64,000 bases of DNA from an uncultured Acidobacteriota bacterium (lineage in GTDB: Bacteria; Acidobacteriota; Thermoanaerobaculia; Multivoradales; JAGPDF01), in contig CAWAGZ010000008.1 of NCBI GenBank assembly GCA_963781755.1, positions 16,153 to 80,152 on the forward strand, read 5' to 3'. The position numbers and the translations under genes were made by a program. Of this stretch, positions 37,599-46,727 are shown one piece after another (within the stretch, counting starts at the first letter, position 1; each line of letters begins with the position of its first letter). A model generated the notes under the pieces. The model did no database searches. It saw nothing but the letters and a program-made list of their open reading frames with translations, and was not told the origin of the DNA.

Positions 37599-38705
37599 GC
37601 GCCGATCCCGCGACGACGCGCGGCCTGACCGCGGTGGCGATGAGCGGCGGCCTCGACTCGAGCGTCGCCGCCTGGTTGCTGGCGCGCGAAGGGGAGCCGG
37701 TGATCGGTCTCTCGATGCTGCTCTGGGACCGCTCGGGCGAGGCCCGCCACGGCCGCTGCTGCGGCGCGCTCGACCTCGGCGACGCGCGCCGGGTGGCGAC
37801 CCAGGCCGGCATCCCGCACTACACGCTGAGGCTGGACGAGGAGTTCCGCCGTCACGTCGTCGACCCCTTCGTCGCGGACTACCTCGCGGGGCGCACACCG
37901 TCGCCGTGCGTGCGCTGCAACACCTTCGTCAAGTTCGACCTGTTGATCGAGCGCGCGCGGCGGCTGGGCGCGACGCGGCTGGCGACCGGCCACTACGCGC
38001 GCATCGTGGAAGGCGGGGACGGTCCGGAGCTGCACGCGGCCGTGGACGCCGCCAAGGACCAGAGCTACTTCCTGTTCGAGCTCGACCGCGCGCAGCTCGC
38101 CTTCAGCCGCTTCCCTCTGGGTGAACGGACGAAGCCCGAGGTGCGCGAGCTGGCGCGCGAGGCGGGGCTCGCGGTGGCCGGCAAGGGCGAGTCGATGGAG
38201 GTCTGCTTCGTCGACGGCACGGTGCGCGAGTTCGTCGAGAAGGAGGCGGGTGAGCGCCCGGCGGCGCACGGGCCGCTCCCGGCCGCCGGGGCGCGGGTGA
38301 TCGACCGCGAGGGCCACGAGCTGGGGCACGGCGACCCCTATTTCCGCTACACGGTGGGCCAGCGCCGCGGTCTCCACATCGCCGCGGGCGAGCGCCGCTA
38401 CGTGCTCGAGGTGCTGCCCGCCGAAAACGCGGTGGTGGTCGGCGCGGAGGCGGACCTCTACGCCCCGGGTCTGGCCGGCGAGCGCCTGCACTGGATCGGC
38501 CCGCCGCCGCCCGGCCCGGTGGAGGCCACCGTCAAGATCCGCTCCCGCCACCCGGGCGTCGCCGCCCGGATCCGCCCGAAGAGCGACGGCGAGGTCGAAG
38601 TCGACTTCGCCGAGCCCCAGCGCGGCGTCGCCCCCGGCCAAGCCGCCGTCTTCTACCAGGCCACGAAGGTCCTCGGCGGCTGCTGGATCACGGGGCAGGC
38701 TGTGA
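37595..38705 (+). CDS. mnmA: tRNA-specific 2-thiouridylase MnmA. 3' end uncertain: no in-frame stop before the downstream gene.
   Basis: ATG overlapping the iscS stop (ATGA). PP-loop AVAMSGGLDSSVAA; catalytic Cys regions; C-terminal …GQAAVFYQATKVLGGCWITGQ matches the MnmA tail. A TGA in the +1 frame overlaps a GTG at ~38702 (GTGA). Confidence 0.85.
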
Positions 38706-39457
38706 GTCGGCGTCGGCCCGAGCTGCCGCTCCTCCTTCTCGCCTGGGTCCTCGCCTGCGCGCTGCCGCCACGCCCCGCGAGGGCCAGCGCGGTCAAGTCT
38801 TTCCAGAAGGACCTCCAGCGCATCGAGGACCGACTGCACCGGGGGGAGTGGCGCCAAGCGAGCGATTCCTGCGATCGCGTGATCCGGGACCTGGTCAACG
38901 AGGGCGCGCACGGCAAGGGGGCGCGACCGCTCTATGGTCTCGCCTTCGCCTTCCGCGCCATCGCCGAGAGTGATCTCGGGGACGAAGCCGCCGCCGTCTG
39001 GGATTGGTCCGTCGCCGGCCAGATGTCGCCGCAGACGACGACTTTCGACCTCGCCCGTTTCGGAGCGGCGGGGAGCCACCTCGCGGCGATCCTCGCCGAG
39101 CGCGCCGCCGATCCCGATCCCGTCTACGTATTCGACGAATCCGACGACACCCTGAAGGGTCCGAAGAAGATCTCGGCCGAGCAGCCGGAATACCCGAGAT
39201 GGGCGAGGCAGGCGGGCATCCAGGCAGTGATCCGCACCAAGGTGGAGATCGACCGGTCGGGGCGACCCGCACGAGTGCTGGAGATGGATCCGTCCGAGCT
39301 CGACGCCCATGCGGCCATCGCGGTCCTGACCTTGAAGGCGATTCGCACCTGGCGCTTCGAGCCCGCGACGCGCGACGGCCAGCCGGTCCGGATCTCCTAC
39401 GAGCTCACGGTCTCCTTCAGCCTGTGGGATGCGTGGGGGAGGCCGGTCTCCCACTGA
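38702..39457 (+). CDS. secreted protein with Sec signal peptide and C-terminal TonB-C-like domain
   Basis: Same frame as mnmA with no intervening stop. Textbook signal peptide (M/V)SRRRPELPLLLLAWVLACALPPRPARA|SAV starting at GTG ~38702. C-terminal EYPRWARQAGIQAVIRTKVEIDRSGRPARVLEMDPSELDAHAAIAVLTLKAIRTWRFEPATRDGQPVRISYELTVSF resembles TonB_C. Confidence 0.6.
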   Translation: MSRRRPELPLLLLAWVLACALPPRPARASAVKSFQKDLQRIEDRLHRGEWRQASDSCDRVIRDLVNEGAHGKGARPLYGLAFAFRAIAESDLGDEAAAVWDWSVAGQMSPQTTTFDLARFGAAGSHLAAILAERAADPDPVYVFDESDDTLKGPKKISAEQPEYPRWARQAGIQAVIRTKVEIDRSGRPARVLEMDPSELDAHAAIAVLTLKAIRTWRFEPATRDGQPVRISYELTVSFSLWDAWGRPVSH

Positions 39458-39740
39458 AGCTGGGCGCAGCACGCGGACGCCGCCGCGCGGCGGCGCGACA
39501 GAGACTTGCAGTGATGGTGGGGGGTGACCGGTCGCCGGCGGTGGCTGGCGGCAGCTCGCCGGGCGCACTCTCCGTTCCCTTCATTGGAGGTTTCGTTCTC
39601 GAGGGCGCGCACGGATTCGTTGCGGCGCCTCGAATCGAAGCGCGCTGGGAGGAGCTGTTTCCGGAGGACCCGCGCACCGGCGGGTCCGGCGCGCCGGGCT
39701 TCGTGACGGCGGTCTCGGGCCGGGATAGGGTGAGGCTCCG

Positions 39741-40688
39741 ATGAGCGTCGCTCCGAGAGGATGGTCCCCTGTGGCAGCGGGACTAGCGCTCGCGCTGGCG
39801 TGCGCGCTCGCGGCGGCGCCTTCGGCGCGAGGGCAGGCGACGGCGGAGCAGAGAGAGTGGAACCGGCCGGTGGAGCCGTTCAAGATCATCGGGAACATCT
39901 GGTACGTCGGGGCGAGCGACATCACCTCGTTCCTGATCACCACGCCCGAAGGGCACATCCTGATCGACGGCGGCTTCGTCGAGACCGCGCCGCAGATCCT
40001 GGCCAACATCGAGAAGCTCGGGTTCCGGTCCGAGGACGTCAAGTTCCTGCTCAACAGCCACGCCCACTTCGACCACGCCGGCGGGCTGGCCGAGCTCGAG
40101 AAGGTCACCGGCGCGCGCATGGTGGCGAGCGCCGAGGACGCGATCCAGCTCGAGCGCGGCGGCAAGGGGGACTTCGCCTTCGGCGACGAAGCGACCTTTC
40201 CGCCCGTCGCCGTCGACCGGGTGATCGCCGACGGCGACACCGTCGAGCTGGGCGGCACCACCCTGGTCGCCCACCTGACCCCCGGGCACACCCAGGGCTG
40301 CACCACCTGGACGATGCGGGTCGGTCCCGCGCCCGGGCTGGCGGTGGTCTTCCTGTGCAGCGTCTCGGTCCCGGGCTACCAGCTCGTGGACAACCCGCGC
40401 TGGCCGGGGATCGTCGAAGCCTACGAATCGACCTTCGAGAAGCTCGAGGCGCTGCCCTGCGACGTCTTCCTGGCGGCCCACGGCTCCTTCTTCGGCCTCG
40501 AGGCCAAGCGCCGACGGGCGCTGATGGGGATGAGCGCGGGTGGCCGGGGACCGGCGCGCGGTCCCGCCGCCGGCGCCGGGCCGGCCAATCCGTTCGTCGA
40601 CCCGCAGGGCTACCGCGACCACCTGGCGAGGATGGAGAAGGCTTTCCACGCCGAGCTCGAACGCCAGCGGCGCGCCGCCGGGCACTGA
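39741..40688 (+). CDS. subclass B3 metallo-beta-lactamase-fold hydrolase (L1/GOB-like) with signal peptide
   Basis: HAHFDHAGG (HxHxDH), later H…; signal peptide with AxA; 315 aa. Confidence 0.8.
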   Translation: MSVAPRGWSPVAAGLALALACALAAAPSARGQATAEQREWNRPVEPFKIIGNIWYVGASDITSFLITTPEGHILIDGGFVETAPQILANIEKLGFRSEDVKFLLNSHAHFDHAGGLAELEKVTGARMVASAEDAIQLERGGKGDFAFGDEATFPPVAVDRVIADGDTVELGGTTLVAHLTPGHTQGCTTWTMRVGPAPGLAVVFLCSVSVPGYQLVDNPRWPGIVEAYESTFEKLEALPCDVFLAAHGSFFGLEAKRRRALMGMSAGGRGPARGPAAGAGPANPFVDPQGYRDHLARMEKAFHAELERQRRAAGH

Positions 40689-40695
40689 GCCGGCG

Positions 40696-41403
40696 TCAGC
40701 CCGGTTCGCTCTCGGGGCTCTCGCCCGCCACGACCAGCACGAACTCCCCCTTGAGCGCGGGGCGGGCGCCGAGCTCCGCGCGCAATCCGCCGAGCGTGCC
40801 GCGCAGCACCTCCTCGTGCAGCTTCGTCAGCTCGCGCGCGACGGCGGCCGGGCGCTCCGGTCCCAGCTCGGCGATCGCGTCGTCGAGGCTGGCGAGAAGA
40901 CGGTGGGGAGACTCGAAGACCACGAGGGTGTGCCCGAGCGCGCCCAGCCCGGCCCAGAACCGGCGCCGCCGGCCGCTCTTGGGCGGTGAGAAGCCCGCGA
41001 AGGTGAACGGGTAGGGCGGCAGGCCCGAGACCACCAGGGCGGCGAGGATCGCCGAGGGCCCCGGGATCGGCTCGACCCGGATCCCCCGCGCCGCCGCTTC
41101 CCGGACCAGCGGGAAGCCGGGGTCCGAGACCAGGGGCGTGCCGGCGTCCGAGGCGACCGCCACCGTCTTGCCCGCCTCGAGAGCCGCGATCAGCTCCGGC
41201 ACGCGCCGCCGCTCGTTGTGCTCGTGGAGCGAGACCAGGGTCTTGGCGAGGCCCAGGTGACGCAGCAGCTTGCCGGTGTGACGGGTGTCCTCGCAGGCGA
41301 CCAGGTCGGCCTCGGCCAGGGCGCGCGCGGCGCGCGGCGAGAGGTCCTCGAGATGGCCGATCGGGGTGGCGACGAGCAGGAGCCGGCCGGGCACGGAGGG
41401 CAT
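40696..41403 (-). CDS. rsmI: 16S rRNA (cytidine1402-2'-O)-methyltransferase RsmI
   Basis: LLLVATPIGHLEDLSPRA…EDTRHTGKLL…YEGPHRL-type TP-methylase motifs; 235 aa. Confidence 0.9.
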   Translation of the reverse strand: MPSVPGRLLLVATPIGHLEDLSPRAARALAEADLVACEDTRHTGKLLRHLGLAKTLVSLHEHNERRRVPELIAALEAGKTVAVASDAGTPLVSDPGFPLVREAAARGIRVEPIPGPSAILAALVVSGLPPYPFTFAGFSPPKSGRRRRFWAGLGALGHTLVVFESPHRLLASLDDAIAELGPERPAAVARELTKLHEEVLRGTLGGLRAELGARPALKGEFVLVVAGESPESEPG

Positions 41404-41508
41404 CCTATCGGCGGCGGGCGCGAGCGTCGCTCGGAAGGTCTCCGGGAGCGCGGATTCGACGTCCAGAATCCGGTGGACGGCGCCGGCGGGTCAGAATACG
41501 GTCACGGC

Positions 41509-42597
41509 ATGAACGGAGCCCTTCCCCCCCGCCCCGAGATGGACCGGGCGTGCCGGTCCCGCGACGCGTCCTACGACGGCGTCTTCTTCCTCGCCGTGCG
41601 CACCACCGGGATCTTCTGCCGCCCGTCCTGTCCGGCGCGCCAGCCGCGGCCGGAGAACGTCGAGTACTTCGGCGACGTCCGCTCGGCGCTGTTCGCCGGC
41701 TACCGGCCCTGCCTGCGTTGCCGTCCGCTCGAAGCCGACGGCCGGCCGCCCGACTGGGCCGCGGCTCTGATCGCCGAGATCGACCGCGACCCCGCGGCGC
41801 GGATCGACGACGCCGAGCTGCGCCGGCGCGGGCTCGAACCGGCGCGCGTGCGCCGCTTCTTCCGCAAGGAGTACGGGATGACCTTTCACGCCTTCCGACG
41901 CGCGCGCCGCCTGAGCGGCGCCCTGGACGAGATCCGCCGCGGCGGCGGTCTCGACGACGCCGGCTGGGACGCCGGATACGAGTCGTCGAGCGGATTCCGG
42001 GAAGCCTTCGCCCGCACCTTCGGCGACGCCCCGGGGCGCAGCCGCGACGCCGACTGCATCCGGATCGGCTGGATCGAGAGCCCGGTCGGCCCGCTGTTGG
42101 CGGGGACGACCGCCGAAGCCGTGTGCCTGCTCGAGTTCACCGACCGGCGGGCGCTCGAGCGCCAGATCGCCACCCTGCGCCGCCGCTTCGACCGGGCGAT
42201 GGTGCCGGGCGAGCACCCGCTCCTGGACCGGCTGCGCGCGCAGCTGGGCGAGTACTTCGAGGGCCGGCGCGAGCGCTTCGATCTCCCGCTCGAGACCCCC
42301 GGAACGGAGTTCGAGAGCTCGGTCTGGAGCGAGCTGCGGCGCATCCCGTACGGCGAGACCCTGTCCTACGAAGAGCTCGCGACGCGGGTCGGCCGGCCCG
42401 GCGCCCAGCGCGCCGTCGGCAGCGCGAACGGCCGCAACCGGGTGGCCATCGTCGTGCCCTGTCATCGGGTCGTCAACAAGAGCGGCCAGCTCGGCGGCTA
42501 CGGCGGCGGGCTGTGGCGCAAGAGCTACCTGCTCGACCTCGAGCGCCGCCACTCGGGCCTGTTCGCTGCGCGCGCTCCGATCGAGCCGGTGGCGTAG
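41509..42597 (+). CDS. ada: Ada-type bifunctional regulator/methyltransferase (N-terminal Zn/Cys4 methylphosphotriester acceptor + AraC HTH + C-terminal O6-methylguanine-DNA methyltransferase)
   Basis: Start at internal Met (MNGALPPRPEMDRACRSRD…) of ORF 41218..42597. FCRPSCPAR / CLRCRP Zn-Cys4; C-terminal PCHRVV active site. Confidence 0.85.
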   Translation: MNGALPPRPEMDRACRSRDASYDGVFFLAVRTTGIFCRPSCPARQPRPENVEYFGDVRSALFAGYRPCLRCRPLEADGRPPDWAAALIAEIDRDPAARIDDAELRRRGLEPARVRRFFRKEYGMTFHAFRRARRLSGALDEIRRGGGLDDAGWDAGYESSSGFREAFARTFGDAPGRSRDADCIRIGWIESPVGPLLAGTTAEAVCLLEFTDRRALERQIATLRRRFDRAMVPGEHPLLDRLRAQLGEYFEGRRERFDLPLETPGTEFESSVWSELRRIPYGETLSYEELATRVGRPGAQRAVGSANGRNRVAIVVPCHRVVNKSGQLGGYGGGLWRKSYLLDLERRHSGLFAARAPIEPVA

Positions 42598-42637
42598 GCC
42601 GCGGCCGCTCCGCGGCGGCCGTGCTAGGGTCCCGCCG

Positions 42638-43120
42638 ATGCGGCGAGTCTCGTTGCTGCTGCTCGCGCTGGTCTTCTTCGCCGGCGGCTCGCCGGCCGAA
42701 TTCCTCCTGTGTCCGGTCGTCCACGGAAGCTGCGCCCGCGCGGCCTCGACGACGACCCCGCACGGCTGCGCGCGCGGAGCGGGGGACCAACGTCCGCGTG
42801 CGGCGATGCCGGCGTGCCCCTACCTGGCGCGCGCCGCGCGGGCGGCCGCCTCGGCGTGCCCGTACCTGCGGTCCGTCGCGGGATCGCTCGACAGCCGCTG
42901 TCGGATGCGGCCCGCGCCGCCGGCGAACTCTCCCGAGGCGCCGGCCTCGGTCCATCCCCCGCGGCTGATCCGGGTCGCCTCGACGTCCTCGCCGGACCCG
43001 GCTCCCCTGCGGCGTGTGCTCGCGCCGCAGCGGATCCGTCCGCGGATCGGCTCGCCGCCCGGGAACCCCCCGGACTCTCCGCGGCCGCCCCCGGCCACCT
43101 TCGTTTCTCCCGCGCGCTGA
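42638..43120 (+). CDS. putative small secreted Cys-rich protein (N-terminal half convincing, C-terminal Pro/Arg-rich half doubtful)
   Basis: Signal peptide MRRVSLLLLALVFFAGGSPA. Mature part has CPVVHGSC, HGC, two ACPYL repeats. High-GC chance ORF not excluded. Confidence 0.3.
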   Translation: MRRVSLLLLALVFFAGGSPAEFLLCPVVHGSCARAASTTTPHGCARGAGDQRPRAAMPACPYLARAARAAASACPYLRSVAGSLDSRCRMRPAPPANSPEAPASVHPPRLIRVASTSSPDPAPLRRVLAPQRIRPRIGSPPGNPPDSPRPPPATFVSPAR

Positions 43121-43182
43121 AGTCGTACGTCCACGCAGGAGAACCGCCGGAGGGCGAGGTCCCTCCGGCAGGGAGAGAGACC

Positions 43183-43686
43183 ATGAGCTCCACCGATCGA
43201 AATCGTTGGCTGTTCGCCGGGGCGGCGATGACCGTCGCGCTCGCGGCCTGGTTCGCGCTGTCGCCGCTGAGGGCCGCGGAGTCGCAGGCCGTCCCGGCCG
43301 CGGGGACGGCGACCACGGCGTCGCCGGCACCGGAGTCCGGCGAGGCCGGTTGCTGCTGCTGTCGTCACCGGGCGGCGGAGGGGAAGGCCGCCGACTGCCC
43401 GCGTCACGGCGAGGGGAAGGCGATGGATTGCCCGCGTCAGGGCGAGGGGAAGGGGATGGACTGCCCGCGCCACGGCGCAGAGAAGGGCATGGACTGCCCG
43501 CGGCACGACGCAAAGGGTGAGGCCGGTGCGGGGATGCACCACCGCCACCACGCCGCGCAGGCGGCGAAGGCCGACGGAGGTTGCTGCCGCTGTGCGGGGC
43601 ACGGCGGCGAAGGCTGCGATCGCAAGGGCGGCGCGGACACCGGCGGGAAGCCGGCGGCACCCGCTCCGCCGGCCGCGCCGAACTGA
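43183..43686 (+). CDS. secreted Cys/His/Met-rich tandem-repeat protein (putative metal-binding)
   Basis: ATG ~43183 after GGGAGAGAGA. Signal/TM MSSTDRNRWLFAGAAMTVALAAWFALSPLRA. CCCC, then 4 x 11-aa repeats (A/M)DCPR(H/Q)G(E/A)xKGM, then HHRHH and GGCCRCAGHGGEGCDRKG. 12 Cys, >10 His in ~130 mature residues. Confidence 0.6.
   Translation: MSSTDRNRWLFAGAAMTVALAAWFALSPLRAAESQAVPAAGTATTASPAPESGEAGCCCCRHRAAEGKAADCPRHGEGKAMDCPRQGEGKGMDCPRHGAEKGMDCPRHDAKGEAGAGMHHRHHAAQAAKADGGCCRCAGHGGEGCDRKGGADTGGKPAAPAPPAAPN
43393..43521 (+). repeat. 4 x 33-bp perfect-to-near-perfect tandem direct repeats (gactgcccgcgtcacggcgaggggaaggcgatg …) inside the Cys/His-rich CDS
   Basis: Seen directly; in-frame, no spacers (not CRISPR). 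Confidence 0.85.
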
Positions 43687-43789
43687 GTCTCGAGAGGTCG
43701 ATTCACGGGCGGGGGGCGCTCGGCGCCTCCCGCCCCTTCGCGATCGGGCCGCTCCGTCGTAACCTCGGCGCGACAGATCCGGAGCGCAG

Positions 43790-45898
43790 ATGGACGACCG
43801 CGAAGAATCCCACGACGGCGAGGCATCGGCCGATCCGGCGTACGCGCCGACCGAGGCCCTGTCGGCGCCCACCGCCCCGACGCTGCACCTCTCCGACCCG
43901 GCTCCGCCGGCCGCCGGCACGGCGCCGACGGTCCTGCTGCCGGAGCCGCCGGCGGCCGCGGGCGCGGAAGGCTCCGCCGCGACCGGCGGCTCGACCGCCG
44001 ACGAGGCGTTGCCCGCGGGACCGGGAGCCGACCGCGATCTCGAGCTGCTCTCCCGGCAGACGCGCTTCCGGATCGAGAAGCTGCTCGGCGAGGGCGGGAT
44101 GGGCAAGGTCTACCGCGCGTTCGACACCGAGCTCGCGCGGCCGGTGGCGCTCAAGGTGCTCTTCGCCTCCGATGGCGAGGCGGATGCCCGTTTCGCGCGC
44201 GAAGCCCAGGCCCAGGCGCGGGTCGACCACCCGCACGTCGGCAAGGTCTACGAGACCGGCGCGATCGGCGGTCGGCGCTACATCGTCATGCAGCTGATCC
44301 CGGGCGAGACCCTCGACCGCGCCGGCGCCGCGATGACCCTCGAGCAGAAGGTCCTGGCCGTGCGGCGGGTCTGCGAGGGCGTCCACGCGGCGCACCGGAT
44401 CGGCCTCGTCCACCGCGACATCAAGCCGTCGAACATCCTCGTGGCGCGCACCGAGGAAGGGGAACATCACCCCTACGTCCTCGACTTCGGCATCGCCCGC
44501 GACCTCGAGGCGGGGCAGACGGCGACCTCGGCGGTCGTCGGCACGCCCTGGTACATGGCGCCCGAGCAGGTCGCCGCCGGCGCCGTCGACCGGCGCACCG
44601 ACGTCTACGCGCTCGGGGTCACGCTCTACCAGCTGCTCAGCGGCAAGCTGCCGATCACCGGCACCGGGTCGGTGGACGTTCTGGTGCGGGTGCTCCGCGA
44701 AGAGCCGGTGCCGCTGATGGTGGCGGACCCGAAGCTGCCCGCGGATCTCCAGACCGTGGTCATGAAGTGCCTCGAGAAGGACCCCGTCCGCCGCTACGAC
44801 TCGGCGCGCGCCTTGGCCGAAGACCTCGGCCGGTTCCTCGACGGCGAGCCGGTGGCGGCGCGTCCGGCGACCTTCGGCTACCGGCTGGCCAAGAAGGTGC
44901 GCAAGCACCGCACGCTGGTCGCGGTGGCGGCGTCGGCGCTGGCCGTGGTCGCGGTGGTGGGCGTCCTCGCGCTGCGCGACTCCTTCCGCGCGCGGCGCCT
45001 CGAGTCGCTCTCGGCGAGCTACGGCGCGGAGGCGGAGCGCTTCGAGTGGATGCTGCGCGCCGAGCGCCAGATGCCCCTGCACGACACTCGTCCGCTCGAG
45101 ACCCGGCTGCACGAGCGCCTGAGCGGCGTCCGCTCGGAGGTCGACCAGCTTCCACCTTCAGAGCGCGGACCCGGGCTCTACGCCCTGGGGCGCGGCGAGC
45201 TGGCGCTGGGCAACGTGGCCGAAGCCGAGGACCTGCTGGACCAAGCGTGGAAGCTGGGCAACCGGGGGCCCATGGTGGCCTACTGGCGCGGCAAGGCGAA
45301 GGCCTTGACGCTCAAGCGCGACCTCGACCACGCGCGATCGCGGACGCACGGCGAGGAGCGGGCCCAGGCGATCGAGGAGGTGATGCGCCGGGACCGCGAA
45401 GCGGCGGTGGCGTCGCTCCAGGCCGGAGGCGCGAGCTCGCTCGAGGGCGAGGACTACGGCCGGGCGCTGCTCGAGTGGGCCGAGGGGCGGCCGCGCGTGG
45501 CGATCGACCTCGCGGCGCGGCAGCTCGAGCGGCTGCCCTTCTTCTACGACGCCCGGATCCTGATCGGCGACGCCGAGCTGGAGCTCGCCCGCGCCGAAGG
45601 AGCCTCGGCCGAAGAGAGCTCGGCTGCGCTGGAACGGGCGCGGGAGGCCTACGGCGCCGCCGCGGCGATCGGGGCCAGCGACCCCCGCCCCTACCAGCGC
45701 CTGTGCGAGCTCGGCCTCGAGCGGGCCCGGACCGCCACCGCGGCGGACGAGCGGCGGAGCGCGGCCGAGGAGGCGCTGGCGAGCTGCGACCGGGCGCTGG
45801 TCGCCGACGCCACCGACGAGCTGGCGATCGAGACGCGCAGCGCGGTGCGGGAGTTCCTGGACGGGGTCAGTCGCGCGGAATCTCGCGGTCCAGGTTGA
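43790..45898 (+). CDS. Ser/Thr protein kinase with one TM helix and C-terminal helical-repeat (TPR-like) domain
   Basis: GxGxxG-like LLGEGGMGKVYRA, VALK, HRDIKPSNIL, DFGIA, GTPWYMAPE; TM TLVAVAASALAVVAVVGVLAL. Confidence 0.85.
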   Translation: MDDREESHDGEASADPAYAPTEALSAPTAPTLHLSDPAPPAAGTAPTVLLPEPPAAAGAEGSAATGGSTADEALPAGPGADRDLELLSRQTRFRIEKLLGEGGMGKVYRAFDTELARPVALKVLFASDGEADARFAREAQAQARVDHPHVGKVYETGAIGGRRYIVMQLIPGETLDRAGAAMTLEQKVLAVRRVCEGVHAAHRIGLVHRDIKPSNILVARTEEGEHHPYVLDFGIARDLEAGQTATSAVVGTPWYMAPEQVAAGAVDRRTDVYALGVTLYQLLSGKLPITGTGSVDVLVRVLREEPVPLMVADPKLPADLQTVVMKCLEKDPVRRYDSARALAEDLGRFLDGEPVAARPATFGYRLAKKVRKHRTLVAVAASALAVVAVVGVLALRDSFRARRLESLSASYGAEAERFEWMLRAERQMPLHDTRPLETRLHERLSGVRSEVDQLPPSERGPGLYALGRGELALGNVAEAEDLLDQAWKLGNRGPMVAYWRGKAKALTLKRDLDHARSRTHGEERAQAIEEVMRRDREAAVASLQAGGASSLEGEDYGRALLEWAEGRPRVAIDLAARQLERLPFFYDARILIGDAELELARAEGASAEESSAALERAREAYGAAAAIGASDPRPYQRLCELGLERARTATAADERRSAAEEALASCDRALVADATDELAIETRSAVREFLDGVSRAESRGPG

Positions 45899-46703
45899 CC
45901 GCGCTGCCCGACAGGCGGGCGATGAGCATGAGGCGGCGCTTGAACCGGTTGGCGCGCTCGAGCGCCTCGATGCGCGCGACCACCGCGTCCGGATAGCCGC
46001 GCTCGACGATCTCGGCGGCGGCGAGCCCCTGGTCGAACATCAGGTAGAGCACCTCGTCGGCGATCCGGTAGTCGAAGCCGAGCTCGCCCTCCGAGGTCTG
46101 GCCCGGCCACAGGTCCGCCGACGGCGGCTTGTCCACCACCGCGCCCGGCACGCCGAGATCGCGGGCGAGCTGCCAGACCTGCTGCTTGTACAGGTCGCCG
46201 TTGGGGTTGATCGACGAGGCGTTGTCGCCGAAGACGGTGGAGTAGCCGAGCAGGATCTCGGTCTTGTTCGAGGTGCCGAGCACCAGGCAGCCGAGCTTCT
46301 TGGCCTGGTCGAAGAGAACGCTCATCCGCTCGCGCGCCATCTTGTTGCCCCGCCGCACGCGGTCGGCATCGGGCTCCTCGCGCTCGAAGTAGGCGTCGAC
46401 CTGGGGGGTGACGTCGATCGTGCGCAGCTCCAGGCCGAGCGCCGTCGCGACCTCGCGCGCGTGCCCCGCCGAGGCCGCGTCGGAGGTCCGGTAGGGGAGG
46501 AAGAAGGCGTGGACGCGGGCGGCGCCGAGGCCCCGGACCGCGAGCGCGGCAGCGAGCGCCGAATCGACGCCGCCCGAGAGGCCGACCACGACGCCTTGGG
46601 AACCGGCGGTGCCGACGGCGTCGGCGATGAACCGGGAGAGCGCCGCCACGGCCAGCTCGGGGTCGAGACGCAGCCGGGCCGCCACCTCTTCGCGCCGGAT
46701 CAT
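45867..46703 (-). CDS. nadE: ammonia-dependent NAD+ synthetase
   Basis: PP-loop VVGLSGGVDSALAAAL; NadE motifs; 278 aa; 3' end overlaps the kinase 3' end by ~32 nt. Confidence 0.9.
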   Translation of the reverse strand: MIRREEVAARLRLDPELAVAALSRFIADAVGTAGSQGVVVGLSGGVDSALAAALAVRGLGAARVHAFFLPYRTSDAASAGHAREVATALGLELRTIDVTPQVDAYFEREEPDADRVRRGNKMARERMSVLFDQAKKLGCLVLGTSNKTEILLGYSTVFGDNASSINPNGDLYKQQVWQLARDLGVPGAVVDKPPSADLWPGQTSEGELGFDYRIADEVLYLMFDQGLAAAEIVERGYPDAVVARIEALERANRFKRRLMLIARLSGSAVNLDREIPRD

Positions 46704-46727
46704 TCCGTGCTCCTCACCCTATCCGCC

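Noticed and set aside
36350-39457. Single 1035-aa ORF spanning iscS (other frame), mnmA and the TonB-C-like gene
   Set aside because: The 5' 1.2 kb is an alternative frame of iscS. The 3' third starts with a canonical signal peptide that cannot be internal to a cytoplasmic enzyme. Split into mnmA plus a separate secreted protein, with the missing stop flagged as a finding.
43393-43521. Tandem 33-bp repeats considered as a possible CRISPR or minisatellite
   Set aside because: Repeats are contiguous with no spacers, in-frame, and encode a coherent Cys/His peptide repeat with signal peptide upstream. Reported as a coding tandem repeat.
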